This document shows positions 27,476 through 40,294 of a stretch of 64,000 nt of DNA, one piece after another (positions within the stretch are counted from its first letter, which is position 1; each line of letters begins with the position of its first letter). The translations under genes and the position numbers were made by a program. The DNA lies in NCBI GenBank assembly GCA_048013815.1, contig CM106585.1:2604001-2668000 (forward strand), read 5' to 3'. Source of the stretch: Setoptus koraiensis (taxonomy: Eukaryota > Animalia > Arthropoda). The notes beneath the pieces were generated by a model. The model made no database searches. It had not been told where the DNA came from and saw nothing but the letters and a program-made list of their open reading frames with translations.

Positions 27476-29804
27476 CATCAAGCGACAAGTATGCATATAG
27501 CGGGCTTATTATGCAAATTATGCGTTATTGCGTTTTAGTGGCGCTTCACCAGACGAGCAGACAGCCGCTGGAGTGAGTTGTTTGGATGGCCGGCGTGACA
27601 CTTGGCCCGCCAATATAATGTGACAACAGATTGTGGCCGGCGCTGTAACCTCATTGTTACTAACTGCCGCTCATTAGATGCCGTCATTTAGCCGACGGGC
27701 CAGCTTCTTTGGGCGATTTCTCTTGGGCCATTCGCATTCGCATTAATAGAGCAAATATTATTGTGTGAGACACATTACGTAAGACCACTGTGTGTCTAGT
27801 CGGCGGGATCATCTGTCGTTCGGAGCGGTCAGTTGGATGGCGAGCGAACCGGCCAGAGAGTGTCTATTTTGTGCCTGGCCATTAATAGGCTCACACAACT
27901 TGCACTCTTGCCCTCTCGCTCTCCGGCTGACGTAACGAATGCGCTTGTCGTTGTTGTTGTTGTTGTTGTTGTTGTAGCCAGCAGACACAGTTGGCCACCC
28001 ATCTGGCTTCTATGAGACATTGACCTGGCCATTTGTGTGTCGCCCGGCGAGTTCGTGCCGCCGGCTGAGCCTCATAAATACAGAGGCGCACAAAAGAGCA
28101 TCCATAAATGGTCCGAATTCTGTTGCAATTTGCAACCATTATGTAATGTGTCAAGATATTAACACTTGCTCAGGGCACGCAGTCTGCAATTGTTGTTGTG
28201 TGTAAAATGAGCCTGCAGTGTGAGTCCGCTGCAGCCAAGTCAACTCTCTCTCTCTCTACATATATATATATATATATATATCCTCTGGGCAACAGCTGAG
28301 AGAGCGGTCCAACGGAGAGAGTGAATATATCAGCAGCAGCAACAACGTCGGACGAGCTTCAGGTGTCAGCTGATGATGATAATCGATTATTGGACTAGAT
28401 AAGTGAGGAGCTTAGTCGATGATGATCGCGCTCTCTCTTACGTAACGTTGTCGGCCGTTGTATTTAGCGGCAGCAGCAACAGCGCTGCTGGTCGTCAGTG
28501 TCCGTTCGCTGTTGTTGCTATTGTTGTCGTTGTTGTTGTTGTTGTTGCTGCCGTTGCCGTTGTTGCATCTTAATCATTCTCATTTTGCTCCAATCATCAC
28601 GCTGACCATCATCATAAGAATCAGCTGATATCGGCTGACAAAACAACCTGTTGCGCCGGAGCAGTCAGTCAGTCAATCAGCCGGCGAGCTGGCCATTAGT
28701 GACTGGTGTGCACTTTGAACTTGGCTGGGCCGTTTGAATATATTGTCTGGCCACCGGTGGTCAGTTTTAGCATCGACACTGATTAACGATGCCCACAACA
28801 GCGGCAACAACAACAACAACAACTGACGACACAGGCCCCGCTCGCTGTTGTGCGAAACTGACCTAAACTAGCTCACTCGCGTCTGAATGACCACTGACCA
28901 CTGAGGTAGCCGGCCAATGGCTGCAGAATGTTTAAAACGAAAGTTACTGTCCGGTCGTCGGCAACATGCGCCAATGATGCAATGCACGGTTAACGGGTCA
29001 TTGTTGTGAGCCAACCAAAGAGCGGACTCTATTCAATAGCGAGCTGCGGCCCTTATTCTGGCATTAATTGGACAATTGACCGGCGGCAAAACTGAGCCAT
29101 ATTTAGATATCCTCGTCTGGCTGTGTCGTCGTGGTCGTCGTGGTCGTCGATATTGAGACGCTGCCAGTATGATAACCAAATTATGATAATAAACGGCACG
29201 GAGGCAGGCGAGCATCGCACAACACCGAGCGGCGGCCAATCAAATTGTTTGCATTGCTCTCGCCTTTGTGGCCATTGTTGTTGGCGGTGTTGTTGGCGGT
29301 GTTGCCGGCGCTTTGGCCATTGTGCTGATGAACCAATTAAAGACGCAACATCGCTGCTGGATCGGACCGGCCCGAGAGGCGGCCGCCAGAGAGCGCGAGA
29401 GGGGCCAAACAGTGAACGAAAGTGCGCCCGTCGGATCGCTTCGGACTGGCCGCTTGGCTCTGATGCAAATGGCCACAATGGCCGCACAAAGACGCCACGG
29501 TGACTGGACACAACCGGCGGGCCATTGTTCCGGCCGGGCCGGCGACCATTAGAGCCGATAATTCAGGCGAGCGCAAGCACTAATTAGCTACAAAAGAACT
29601 CTCGCTCGGTGTTGCCGGTGGCAAGCTCGGCGCGCTTCTATTGTGCTTCTATTGCGGCTGGCCGGCTGATTTGCTTGATTTGGCCAATGTTTAGTTGTGT
29701 GTAAATTGGCGCTATACGGCACTATTTGCTCAAGGCCTTCTTTTCAAGCCGTTACTCTGTTCAGCAAAGTCCGTTGTCCACTTACGCAACAACATAGACA
29801 CACA

Positions 29805-29838
29805 CACATGGGCATGAATCGCTATTCATGCCCATGTG
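29805..29838. repeat. Perfect 15-bp inverted repeat with 4-nt loop
   Basis: CACATGGGCATGAAT-CGCT-ATTCATGCCCATGTG. Confidence 0.9.
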
Positions 29839-31288
29839 AGCGGCCCAATGAATAGCGAGCAACTGAATGAAAAGTGGAGCATTAATTGCTCTCGCGATTT
29901 CTCTATTCTTTATGGATGATGTGCTATTATTTTTGATCGTTGCATCGATCATTAACCTTAGCGGTGCCGAGATAAACGGCGCTTACATTGGCCGCTTCAT
30001 CAAAATAATAGCAGCCAACAACGACAATGGTCAGTCGCAATCACGCGCCTGACCGATGGCCGAACAGGCTCAATAGGAACATACAGGCGCTCGCTCAAAC
30101 AAACTTGTATATATATTGAAACTCTTTAAACTTTTCACATTTCTCTCCCTCTCTTGATTCTCAACTTTTGTACAACTTGTGCTTATGTTTATATCCACAT
30201 GCCATTATCTCGCTCTGTGTTTATTTCTCGTTTTCGTTTGATTTCATCATGACGACTCCTCCACAGTGAGCAGTGCACACAACTGACGCTATTAGCGCCG
30301 CCACTTGCAGCGGCCAACATTTGTTGCGCAATCGCCAAATTGCGAACCAATTGAACAGCAACAGCAGCCGACGAATTTGGCCGACAAATTTGGACAAATA
30401 AGTCTAGGTCAATCAATCAATTTGATGGTGCCGGCATTGCACGGCAACTTGTTGCGCTGTCGGCTGGCCGGCCAGCGGTTGTTTGGTGTTGAAAATTGTT
30501 GGCGTCATCGTGCCTCAACATGGTGGTTGCGGCCAAGCAGCAACTTGGAGCGCCAAGTTCTCAGAGAAGCCAGCCCGAGAAAACAGGCCAAACAACAAAC
30601 AAAACTCAACAGCTCGCTTCATTGGTTGACCAAACAACAAGCTGACAACAAGCAATCAATTGAGCCTCTCAAATCGGCCAATTGTCAGCCGACTGGTGGC
30701 GAGACGATCAATTCAATCGTGTTCACCCAAGGCTCACGCCGATCGACGTGAGCCCACGAGACACATTATGCGCGATCATAACGGCCCATAGCGGCCGCGA
30801 TTTAAGGGGATAAGGTGATATAATGAGACGATATAGTGAGACGAGATAATGAGACGAGCCCGATCTGGGGCCCTAATTGGAGGCTTGATTTAATGCGTGA
30901 CTCGCCACAAACAAATGACAGCGCCACCGCGTTGGGTCTCGTGTTTGAGCAGTCGTCATGCGGGCCAATGTTGGCTCATAACACGCCGAATATCCGAATA
31001 TTGATGATGACTTGTCGATGCAAATATGGCCGGCATCAATGATGATTCAATTTGGGCACGCAGCCAGTGAAGCTGAAACTGGCCAAGTGGCCGGTAAACG
31101 GGGCAATTTGCAGAGGTCAGTTGTCTGAAGAAGTTGGCCTGCCAATGGCCAGTGACGACGCTCATGATTGCGCGCAAGCCACTTAAATTGAGTTTATCAT
31201 GTCGTCGGGTCGGGCAGCTAATGTTTGGTCAGCAAGACGGATATTTCTAATATGGCATATTGTGAAAAATGCAACGACCGTGGCTCAC

Positions 31289-31765
31289 ACCGGGCCGATG
31301 CGACGGGACGAGAGGATAAACTCATAAAGCACATTACGCAAACCGCTGCGGTGAGACTGGCGCCAGAAGCGGCCGATTGAGCGCAACAACAAACAAACAG
31401 AGCTGAAAGTGCAATGTGAATATCGCCAAAGGTGAGCTTGGCAGCATTTGCAAATTGACGACCGACAGGTTGCAGCATGTGAAGCCAGGTAATTTCATTA
31501 TCTTCTGCTCGACCGCGTTTGAATTTCATAGCCAGTTTCAGCCAGTGAAGATGGCAAGCGAAATGGTATTGAGCGGGGGATATCGCATATTGCACCCATG
31601 CAATGGCACTCAACACATCACAATCTGTATGCGCAAGTTGGCCAACAATATTATCAAATTGAAAAATTTGTTTTTGTGGCCAGGCCGTCATGCCAATAAC
31701 ACAATAGTGATTTGCCGGCGATATGATAGTGACCGAATGATGATAATAATAGCATGCGTAGGTCA
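31289..31765 (-). CDS. Candidate upstream exon of the chitinase-like gene (GH18 beta-1 region)
   Basis: Open frame starting (V)TYACYYY, like the GH18 'VVCYY' strand. Flanked by a weak CTAG acceptor and a GTGAGC donor that give a symmetric phase 1-1 exon. The rest of the sequence is only weakly GH18-like. Confidence 0.3.
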
Positions 31766-34062
31766 CTAGCCAGTGGCCGGCATAAAGCGGGCTCGGATAA
31801 ACGAGCGCGGGTTTATCCGCCGATGCAAAAATGAGCGGCGCACAAGCGGCCGGAGAGCGACCATTAATAGCGCAGAATTAATGGGAATAAATGTAGGCTC
31901 GTTTTAAGCAGTTACATAATAAAGTTTCAGTGCTGTCTAACTGGGCTAATCCGCACCTCTATATTTATTATTGAGTTTTTATCTCGGTGGCTCGTCGGCT
32001 CGCTGGCTCGTCGGCTCGTTGGCCCGTCGGATCGTCGGATCGGTGGCTCGTTGGCCCGCTCGTTCGCTCTGCCTTTCGCCGGCACACATTTATAGACAAT
32101 ACTAAATTATTACCGCCATTATTATCATGCGAGCTGCCGCAGTTGCCGCATGAATATATCTGTGAATATAAGAATAATTTTTTGCCGGGCCAAAAGCCAA
32201 CCAACGGAGCGTTCGAGCGCTGGCCGAAAATTGCCACTGTCAGTGCAGAGATTCTCATCAGTCGTCTGTCTAATCTCATTCATCATAGACATACATTCAT
32301 CATCGTGTTCACTCGCATAGGAATGAATATGTTACGCATTGTGCTGTGAGTGTGTGTATTATTATTTAATATATATCTTAATAACAACATCAGCGGCAAC
32401 AGCAATAATCTTTGGCCAGCCACCGAGACACATAGAGGCTCTATGATAGAGCAACTCCGATGCAGCAAGCAAGCAAGCAGCCAATGGTTGTGCAACGGCG
32501 AGCAAGGAGCGCCAGCCGGCCAGCTAAGCGAGTGATGTAATCGCGTTGAGTCTCGAGATCTGATTAATTGGATGATGATGATCTGGCCAAAGCGGTCACA
32601 CACTCACATATAAAACAACAGATGTATGTTATGTAACAAGCCAGTTTGTTACTGTTTGCAAGTTGCCAGTCATGAGATTATATTACTTATTTGCCGCTTT
32701 ATCACTGGCAACAAACAAACTAATCTATCGACAAAATAACTTATGCTAATACCAATGCACAGCAAACAGTGGACGCGGCTACCGATAATTATATATATAT
32801 ATATATATTTAATTATAACGATTGCCAATTTGCATATCAGTTAGCTTGCGCGATAGTTGTGAGACTATATTTAGACTACATTTGGACACACACACACTCG
32901 TCGGAATGGTATAATCTGAGTGTGTGAGTCTCAAATTACGGTATCGTCGCCTATTAAACTCAACCAATATTAACAAGAGCTGCTGTCAAGATTGTCGCAC
33001 AACTAGTGGGAATAATCCTAAATCACAAGATAAGTGTGTGCGTGTGATTAGAGTGTGCAAAGGATTATCGGATGCCAAGCTAGCGCCAATATAGTTGCCG
33101 TTATAATTATACCGGAATCATGATATTTCAAATGGTCGCTTGCCATCGCTGGAATATTTTCGTTTCTCTGCTAGTTTGTTCACTATTGCGCCGCATTTTT
33201 GTGATGAATGAACATTATAAATGGACACACACACTACAAACTCAGGCCACACTCTCAATTGACATCTCAATAACGGCCAGTAATGGAATGATGAAAGCGA
33301 AAGTTTATGTGTCGTGTGTGTATTTGTAAACGGACACACGAATAATGACATCACACCATGCCAATGGGCGGCCATTATGTAACATGCGACCAAATGAGCG
33401 AAGCATGTGAGCAGCATTGTAGTAATTGTTGTATTTACCTTTCTTGCCGGCGATAAAAGAGAAATTCTTTCTAACCGCGATGTAGGAATAGACGACATGC
33501 GTACATAGGCACGGATTTAAGTCTTGTGGCCGGAAATCCTCTTGAATGTCGTAAAAGCAAAATATTTTTTTATCTATTTGAGTAGTCTTAACTTGACAAT
33601 TTGTTGAGCCACCACCGTTGCCACTACCGGGCTGCTGCTGCTGAGTCCTAAAGTGTTCTGCTACATGATGACACGATGACGGTCAGTTAGGCCGGTATGC
33701 ATGGGATAAAAGGGACGTTGGGCGAAATAATTAGTCGTGATTGGTCGCTAGTTGACGTGTGCATAACGTTTGTCTCGAGCTCGACAAAAATCCCGCTCAA
33801 TCTGAATGAGTCGCCAATCGATCAAGTTTGATCGCTTGGCCACTCGTTCAAGATCGGAACTCATCAAAAATTAGCAAGTTTTCAGTATCATGAGTTATGA
33901 TTGAGCCATCGTGGAATTACTGGGCTATCATTGAATCATTGAGCTCATGAATTCGGAGTGACAACTTTCTCATCACGACAAATTTCTCATACATGTAATT
34001 ACATGTAATCATACATGTCTCATGTATGTGTATGGGCTCAGTTGAGCGAGATAAGCGCTTAC

Positions 34063-34207
34063 CTGTTGAACCAGCCAATGATGAAATGCTTTCGTTGTTG
34101 CCATTGCTTTGGTGGGCAAACACCGACACTGTTGTTAGGACTAGCGATAATGTAATAAGTGTGGATAAGCCATGTTTGAATAAACTCTTCTTTTGTTGTT
34201 GCATCAT
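34063..34207 (-). CDS. Candidate first coding exon (signal peptide or anchor) of the chitinase-like gene
   Basis: MMQQQKKSLFKHGLSTLITLSLVLTTVSVFAHQSNG...GST, followed by a consensus donor CAG|GTAAGC at 34062. Phase 1 matches the phase-1 acceptor at 26470. The frame is open back to 34651, so an earlier start is possible. Confidence 0.5.
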
Positions 34208-36056
34208 TGGTAAAAAAGAGTGTCGATTTTTTTTGATCAAAATTAACTCATTTTGTCTGAATTGTTGTGCTGTTGGCATGGTTTGCAATTGGTGATCGCG
34301 GCAAGCTCGGCAACTGGCCAATCTGGTAATACTGTTGCCTGTTTTGTTTGTCTCGACAAAGCTTGCTGATAGTGATGACTGGCCACGATATTGGCAAAAT
34401 GATTGACTTTTGAAGGGGCGCTTTGAATCAATAGTTAATTGACAATCTTCTCTTGCTTCATACGCAAATGATTTTAGGGCTGCTTGCTGATGGGCAGATT
34501 TATGTAACTGGCCAGTGGCGGTGCCGAAAGAATTAATTGAGTGAGCTTTTGCTTGGTTGTCGTTTTGAGCTAGCTCGTTGTCACATTCATCTGTCATTGC
34601 ATATAGTAGTCTATTGAGGTGTAAATAGTTTTGACAATTGCTGTCGATCATGATTGTTGATTTGTTGTGGCTGCCACTTTTGTTTGAGTTGTCATGCCAC
34701 CACTACTGGGCCAGACGATGTCATGTCACTACTTGTTGTTGTGTCTATGTTCTGATATGATTTGTTGTTGTTGCTGCTGTCGTCGTTGCCCACTGACTCT
34801 TATCGCTCTTGTTGCTGTTCAGTCAAATAACTGATTGACCGTTAGTTTAGCAGTCAGTAGATATCAGTGATATGAGCGTTGTAACAGACTGGTACTTGCA
34901 CTTGTCCACTTGGTGGTCATTTTCATCAGAGCGAGTGAGTGACCGTTGACCAGATTGATTATGGCAGTTTGTTGGGTTGCGCGACTGTACTTTGTTTATG
35001 TTTGCGTCTATGTCTATTATGTAAGCGTGTTTAATCTAATATGAGCTAATATGGGCTGATATGGGCTGATATATGGTCGTCCCGTAAACACCTCTGCTGG
35101 TTAGTCGGTGTGTTGATCGGTGTCAATCACGAGATAGTTTGTCTGGTGGCAATTGTAGTGATAGCTTGTTGCTCTCTCTCTTGTTGTGAAAGCTGACACA
35201 ACTGTAATGGCGGTGGCAAGCTGGCAGATAAAAAACTTTGTAGTTGCTTCTTCTTCGTCGTCTTAATACGAATTAATGCCTATTAATACAGATGAGAGAG
35301 TGAAGATTTGCTCTTGTGTTTATGCAAAGTTGTAATAGTAGTTGCTGTTGCTCATGCTGCCGCTGTTGTTGGTGTTGTTGCCGTTGCTGGTGTTGTTGTT
35401 GTTGCTGGTGTTGTTGTTGGTGTTGGACATGGCTGGCATTCGTCAATAATGAGATTCAACAAGAGCGACCGATTTCATCATCGCCGATAGGCTCGACAGT
35501 GCAAAGACATTGGGTAATTATCATTAAGTTGACTAAAGTCTAATCATTGAACTATCATCATCATGAGCGGTTGCAGTTGTAGAGGCATCGGGCAAAGTGC
35601 GGCCAGCCAACAGGTATATCCAACATCATCATCGGCAGCAGCAGCAGCAGCAGTAGAGCAGTAGTAACTGAGCCATTCACTCTTACTACTGTTGCCAGCG
35701 GTCCACTGCACTGGAGCTACTTTCTAACTCCTACTACCACACATTACATAACATTATTACTATTATTATTATATAATAATGCTGCTTAACACTACAGGTG
35801 AGTTTGCTTTACACACACAAACACACATGCGATAAGCCCGGCCTGTGCGCCGTTATTCTTGTTGCCGCGGCCAGCTTGCTCGCTTGGTAATCTTGCTCGA
35901 GTGGTCAAGTCTTGTTGCTCGAGTGGCAAGCATGCAAACAAGAAATCAAGCTTCTCCTCCCACATCTACACAGGTAACACATTGCGCCGGCGAGCATACC
36001 CGAGAGACTCTCTTGGAGGGAGAGAGTTACATAACTGATATAATCGCTGGCCGGTA

Positions 36057-36082
36057 GAGAGAGAGAGAGAGAGAGAGAGAGA
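36057..36082. repeat. (GA)n microsatellite
   Basis: Uninterrupted AG run; a second one lies at ~36510-36531. Confidence 0.9.
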
Positions 36083-38569
36083 GCACCAGCGGCGGCTCCT
36101 TCCACGGGAGTACTATATAACGGTACGCTGGCAGTTGAAGTACAAGATATGTGAGAGGCAGTAGCAGCGAATTGATTCGTATTGTGTGCCGTAGCTCCTC
36201 ACACTCCTCTGGCAGCTCCTCGGAGGACGCGAGCCGCCAAGGGCCTCGGTTGGCATGGTGACGTTAGGTGCTAGATGCGCCGGTGTTTTCACCTTTTTCT
36301 CGACATTACTTGTTTTCTTGTTGGGCCAGCATTAGGCCGACGCCGGGCAGGCATTATGTCGGCATTAGCTCAACATTAGCCGGCCGTTAGTGGCAGCTAT
36401 GTCTTGCCCTCGAGAGAAATTACCCCGGGGTACATTAGGAAGGCCACAAAGAGCTCGTGATAAGCAACTTTGTCCAAGTCGATGGTGAAATTATTATTTT
36501 GAATTATTTTGAGAGAGAGAGAGAGAGAGAGCGACATCCAAAGATCAGAGAATATCCACCTCTAACACTGAGGCGAACAGCCTTGCAGCAGCAGCAGCTA
36601 TAGCTCTCTCATATAGATTCTTGCCCCCGAGGCAAATACAAAATAAACTCTCTCCGTTGGCGTTGCCGCCGTTACTGTTGCTGTTGTTTGAATACTGACC
36701 ACTCTCTACAAGTTGTTAGTTCACATGTATTACAGAAAGCAACCGCTGCAAGCAAACAACGGCAACAAATCAACTAAACAACGTAATAATAATACATGTG
36801 ATTTGATATAATATATCGTAATAACGGCATGCAGCATGTTGAAAAATGGCATCTCTATCATGGCTCTTCTATCAAGTGGCTCACTCCAGCGTTGGCTCAC
36901 TCCCAGTCAAGTCCAATCACCCTAGGTCAATCGTTAGCAAGTAGTCAGGTAATTAGATCAAGCCATGATGCTCATGATTATAATCATGGCGATGTTAATG
37001 ATGATACCCAGTTTGATTGGATGGAAATTTAACTCCACCACCACAAGCGTTGCGCGCATCGTTCAGCCGTTGTTGCCCTCATCATGATACACTGTGTTTA
37101 TATATATCAACTTTGATATAACAACTTTGAGGCCGACTACACCACCAATATCGTCATAGCCTGTAGCTGATAACTGGTCGACAAGATGAAGGACATTGAC
37201 TAGCCGCTATGTGTGCTGGAGTCGCTCGCTCGCTCGCTTTACATCATCCAGCTAGTTATATATCAAGTTATGTCCAGTTATATATCAACAAGAGCCAACA
37301 GCTTAGCCAGCAATTGCATGTCCATCAATACTTACACTTACCTGTATGGCTGCCATATTACTGTTATATGGTGGATTGTGGATGGTGGTAAGTGGTGGTC
37401 GCAAGTGCGCAATCTGCACCAACCAATGAAGGTCATCGATCTCTCTCCAAACCAAATCAATTCAATTCAATCCCATTCAAGCTGCATTCATCGGCTGTAA
37501 CGTTTGATTATTTGTTTATTTATTATTATAATAACACTTACATAACGGCACGGTGATTTATTTGCTCTTGATTAATTGCACTAATGATGCGCCATTAACC
37601 GTGCCACCATGCAACATAAGATACAATTATTGGCCATAAATTGGCCCAAAAAGACATCTCATCATCATCCGGCCTATATTGCAGCATAACTTTTGTTAGT
37701 CGGTCATTGGTCGATAGTGGCTAAATCCACATGATGATCGACTGCCATGATAATAATTGTTAGCTAACGTGTCTTTGCACCGCCGCACCACCGCCGCACC
37801 ACCGCCGAAATTAAGCTGAAGCCTCGTGAAGCTGATCTAGCTGGTGATAATGATGATGGCTATATCACCGATTGATGCCAGCACAAGCCGCGGCACATTA
37901 CCTATCTGTTGCTGCCATAATTTTGCCCATAAGACACAACCACAAATGTTGCAAGTGCCGACTGGCCGGTCATTTCCTCTCAGCTCTCAGAGGTGATTGA
38001 ACATCTCCAGTTACAACAATGAACCGTAAACATTTCCGACTTGGCCAGACACAAAACATTACTCATTTGGCATGTCGTTGTCGTCGGCTCAATGGTCGCC
38101 GTCGTTGTTGTCGGAGCACAAACAAGAATGCAACAATATCGACATGCTGCCGCTGTTTTTGATGATGACTTAGTGAATTGTTGAAATCCTTTGTATATAT
38201 GTAATCTTGCACAGTATTCACACACAAATTTTCACCACACCACTAACCAGCTACTAACCGAAACTTCGCCGGTCTGGCCAGCCAACTCATTAGTAATTTT
38301 TCTTTTTCCTGTCTTTATTAACTGGCGCTGCCGTTAACCATTCAATAGCGCTGATCTATCACGCTATCCATGCTAGCTCTCCTATACTTATTGTGTCTTT
38401 CATGCTTGTGTCTCGATACAAACAAGTGTAGTTCACTTGTAAACAACTACAAACTATCTATGTAACAACAGTGACCAAACTTAACCAGCTATTTTCGCCT
38501 ATTAGCCACCACAATTTACAAGAGTACAAATCTCACGCAATCACACAGCTTTAGGCTCATCATGGATGA

Positions 38570-38920
38570 TGATATTATGTAATGAAGTGAAGACGATCAC
38601 CACAACATGGTGGCTGTCAGTGGTAGCACACACGAATGCCATCGGCTCATGTATTGGTGGACTTTCCACTCAAACTGTAAACCACTATGGACAGATCACA
38701 GAGGAAGACGAGCTGACCACTTGGCGTAGAGACACAGAGAAAGCCTGCCAGAAATTATGCAAATTGTAGTTTTCCCATAACCGTTTTGTATGGCTCGTAT
38801 AGTACCAAAATAACATGTTCTCAGTGTGCAGTCATAATGCCGGCGTCCAATGTCTGCCCTGACAAAGAGATAAAGAAATGCTACGAAAGTCGCATCGCGT
38901 ATGTCGCCAGACAAATGAGT
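38570..38920 (+). pseudogene. Possible decayed piggyBac-like transposase C-terminus
   Basis: Across frames: KTITTTWWLSVVAH (compare RKTxRWWxxxFxH) and RKPARNYANC...KITCSQCAV...VC...KCYES (compare the piggyBac Cys-rich domain). Resemblance by eye only. Confidence 0.25.
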
Positions 38921-39098
38921 TCTTTTTCTAATTTTGGATACTTCCACCAGACCAACATGGACCAAAATAAAAGCTGGAGATTCTCAGAGATTAAATACGC
39001 TGGTTTAATTGGTTCATTTAAACCAGGTATTGTACTAAAGAGGAATAGTTTCAATTGGGCACTTGTATGATGTAAACGGAAAAATTGCAAAAAGTTTT

Positions 39099-39189
39099 TC
39101 CGCGAAGGCGGATTCGAACCACCGACCTGATGATAACTATCTCAATGGGAAACTACAGTCACCCGCTCTTCCAACTGAGCTATTCGCGG
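39099..39189 (-). tRNA. trnY: tRNA-Tyr(GTA) with an ~18-nt intron
   Basis: Reverse complement CCGCGAATAGCTCAGTTGGAAGAGCGGGTGACTGTAG[TTTCCCATTGAGATAGTT]ATCATCAGGTCGGTGGTTCGAATCCGCCTTCGCGGA. Acceptor stem CCGCGAA/TTCGCGG, A and B boxes, intron one base 3' of the anticodon, TTTTT terminator a few nt downstream. Confidence 0.92.
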
Positions 39190-39460
39190 CTTATAAAATA
39201 CGGTGCAGGCAATGCCATAGTGATGGCTGAGAGTGGTTTGAACGGGCAATGATGGACAACAAACATGTGCTGTTATCATGGCAAGCTATCTGGAATCCAT
39301 TCGCTTGATTTGGAGGCATGACCTTTCACTCATGTAACAACTAATTTCTTATCATATATTATTATTGTTTCATGCCTCGTCTTATTCATTGTTTTCAATC
39401 AATTAGTCATTATTATTATTATTATTATTATTAGTCCAGCCAATACCAAACAGCTCTCAC

Positions 39461-40186
39461 ATGGATGCCGTGCCTCATATCAGAAAAATTGTCCTATACG
39501 AGAACCCTAATCATAAGAAGTTCAGGTTTCTATGGCTGGGCACTGTGGTGCAAGTGGGCTTCATTATGTTCACAGCCTTTGTTACGCCAACAAAAAAACG
39601 TTTGAACGAAGCAAGACGAAAATATAAGCTTGACCAAGAGCAGCAGCAAAACATGACAGCATCTGATTCAGTCGATCAGACCCAACAACATTCTGACGTT
39701 CCTAGATTCGAACTAGAACAGTCGAGATCCGACCTCACTATGAGCGGCCACGTCAATAGGTATATCGTTGAAGGGCCCCACGTGCAGCCAAATCCTGGAC
39801 TGGCTAAAATGGCTTTTAATGGAATTGTAGATATTCTAGGCAACCTTCAGAATCCTCTGTCCATCGGTCTCATTGCCTTCTCACCCTCGATATGTTTAGC
39901 GGTTTACTTTCTATCGCGTCGCACAATAAGTAAGCTCACTTTACTACCTAACGGTAATGTGAAACTATCGTTTTTCACACTACACGGCCTTTCGAAGGTA
40001 CCCCCCTCAGAAGAGATCAAATTGACAGACATAATGTGCCGAACTAGAAGAACAGATAATGCCAACTATTTGATTATGAAGGCGAGAAACAGGCCATTCT
40101 ACTTTCTCATCGACAAAACCGAGGGTAGTTTCTACAAACCAGAACTATTCGACCAAACAATTGGTCGCAGGAGATACCAACTCTGA
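39461..40186 (+). CDS. TMEM223: Transmembrane protein 223-like (mitochondrial inner membrane)
   Basis: IVLYENPNHKKFRFLW, two TM segments, RRTISKLTLLPNG, YLIMKARNRPFYFLIDKTEGSFYKPELFDQTIGRRR match the TMEM223 family pattern. Confidence 0.78.
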   Translation: MDAVPHIRKIVLYENPNHKKFRFLWLGTVVQVGFIMFTAFVTPTKKRLNEARRKYKLDQEQQQNMTASDSVDQTQQHSDVPRFELEQSRSDLTMSGHVNRYIVEGPHVQPNPGLAKMAFNGIVDILGNLQNPLSIGLIAFSPSICLAVYFLSRRTISKLTLLPNGNVKLSFFTLHGLSKVPPSEEIKLTDIMCRTRRTDNANYLIMKARNRPFYFLIDKTEGSFYKPELFDQTIGRRRYQL

Positions 40187-40294
40187 ATAGATCTCATAGA
40201 CTAACTTAAAATACAATACAAAATCAAAAAAAGCAGAATAGATGTAGAAGAATCTGCAAAAGCAGCCTAGAACAAGCTTCCTCTAAGGGGTTAT

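Noticed and set aside
26568-38225. Short ORFs in the chitinase intron and upstream region
   Set aside because: Microsatellite-driven (poly-Q/V/C), no domains. Only the two candidate exons were kept. No conserved miRNA mature sequence that I could recall was seen.
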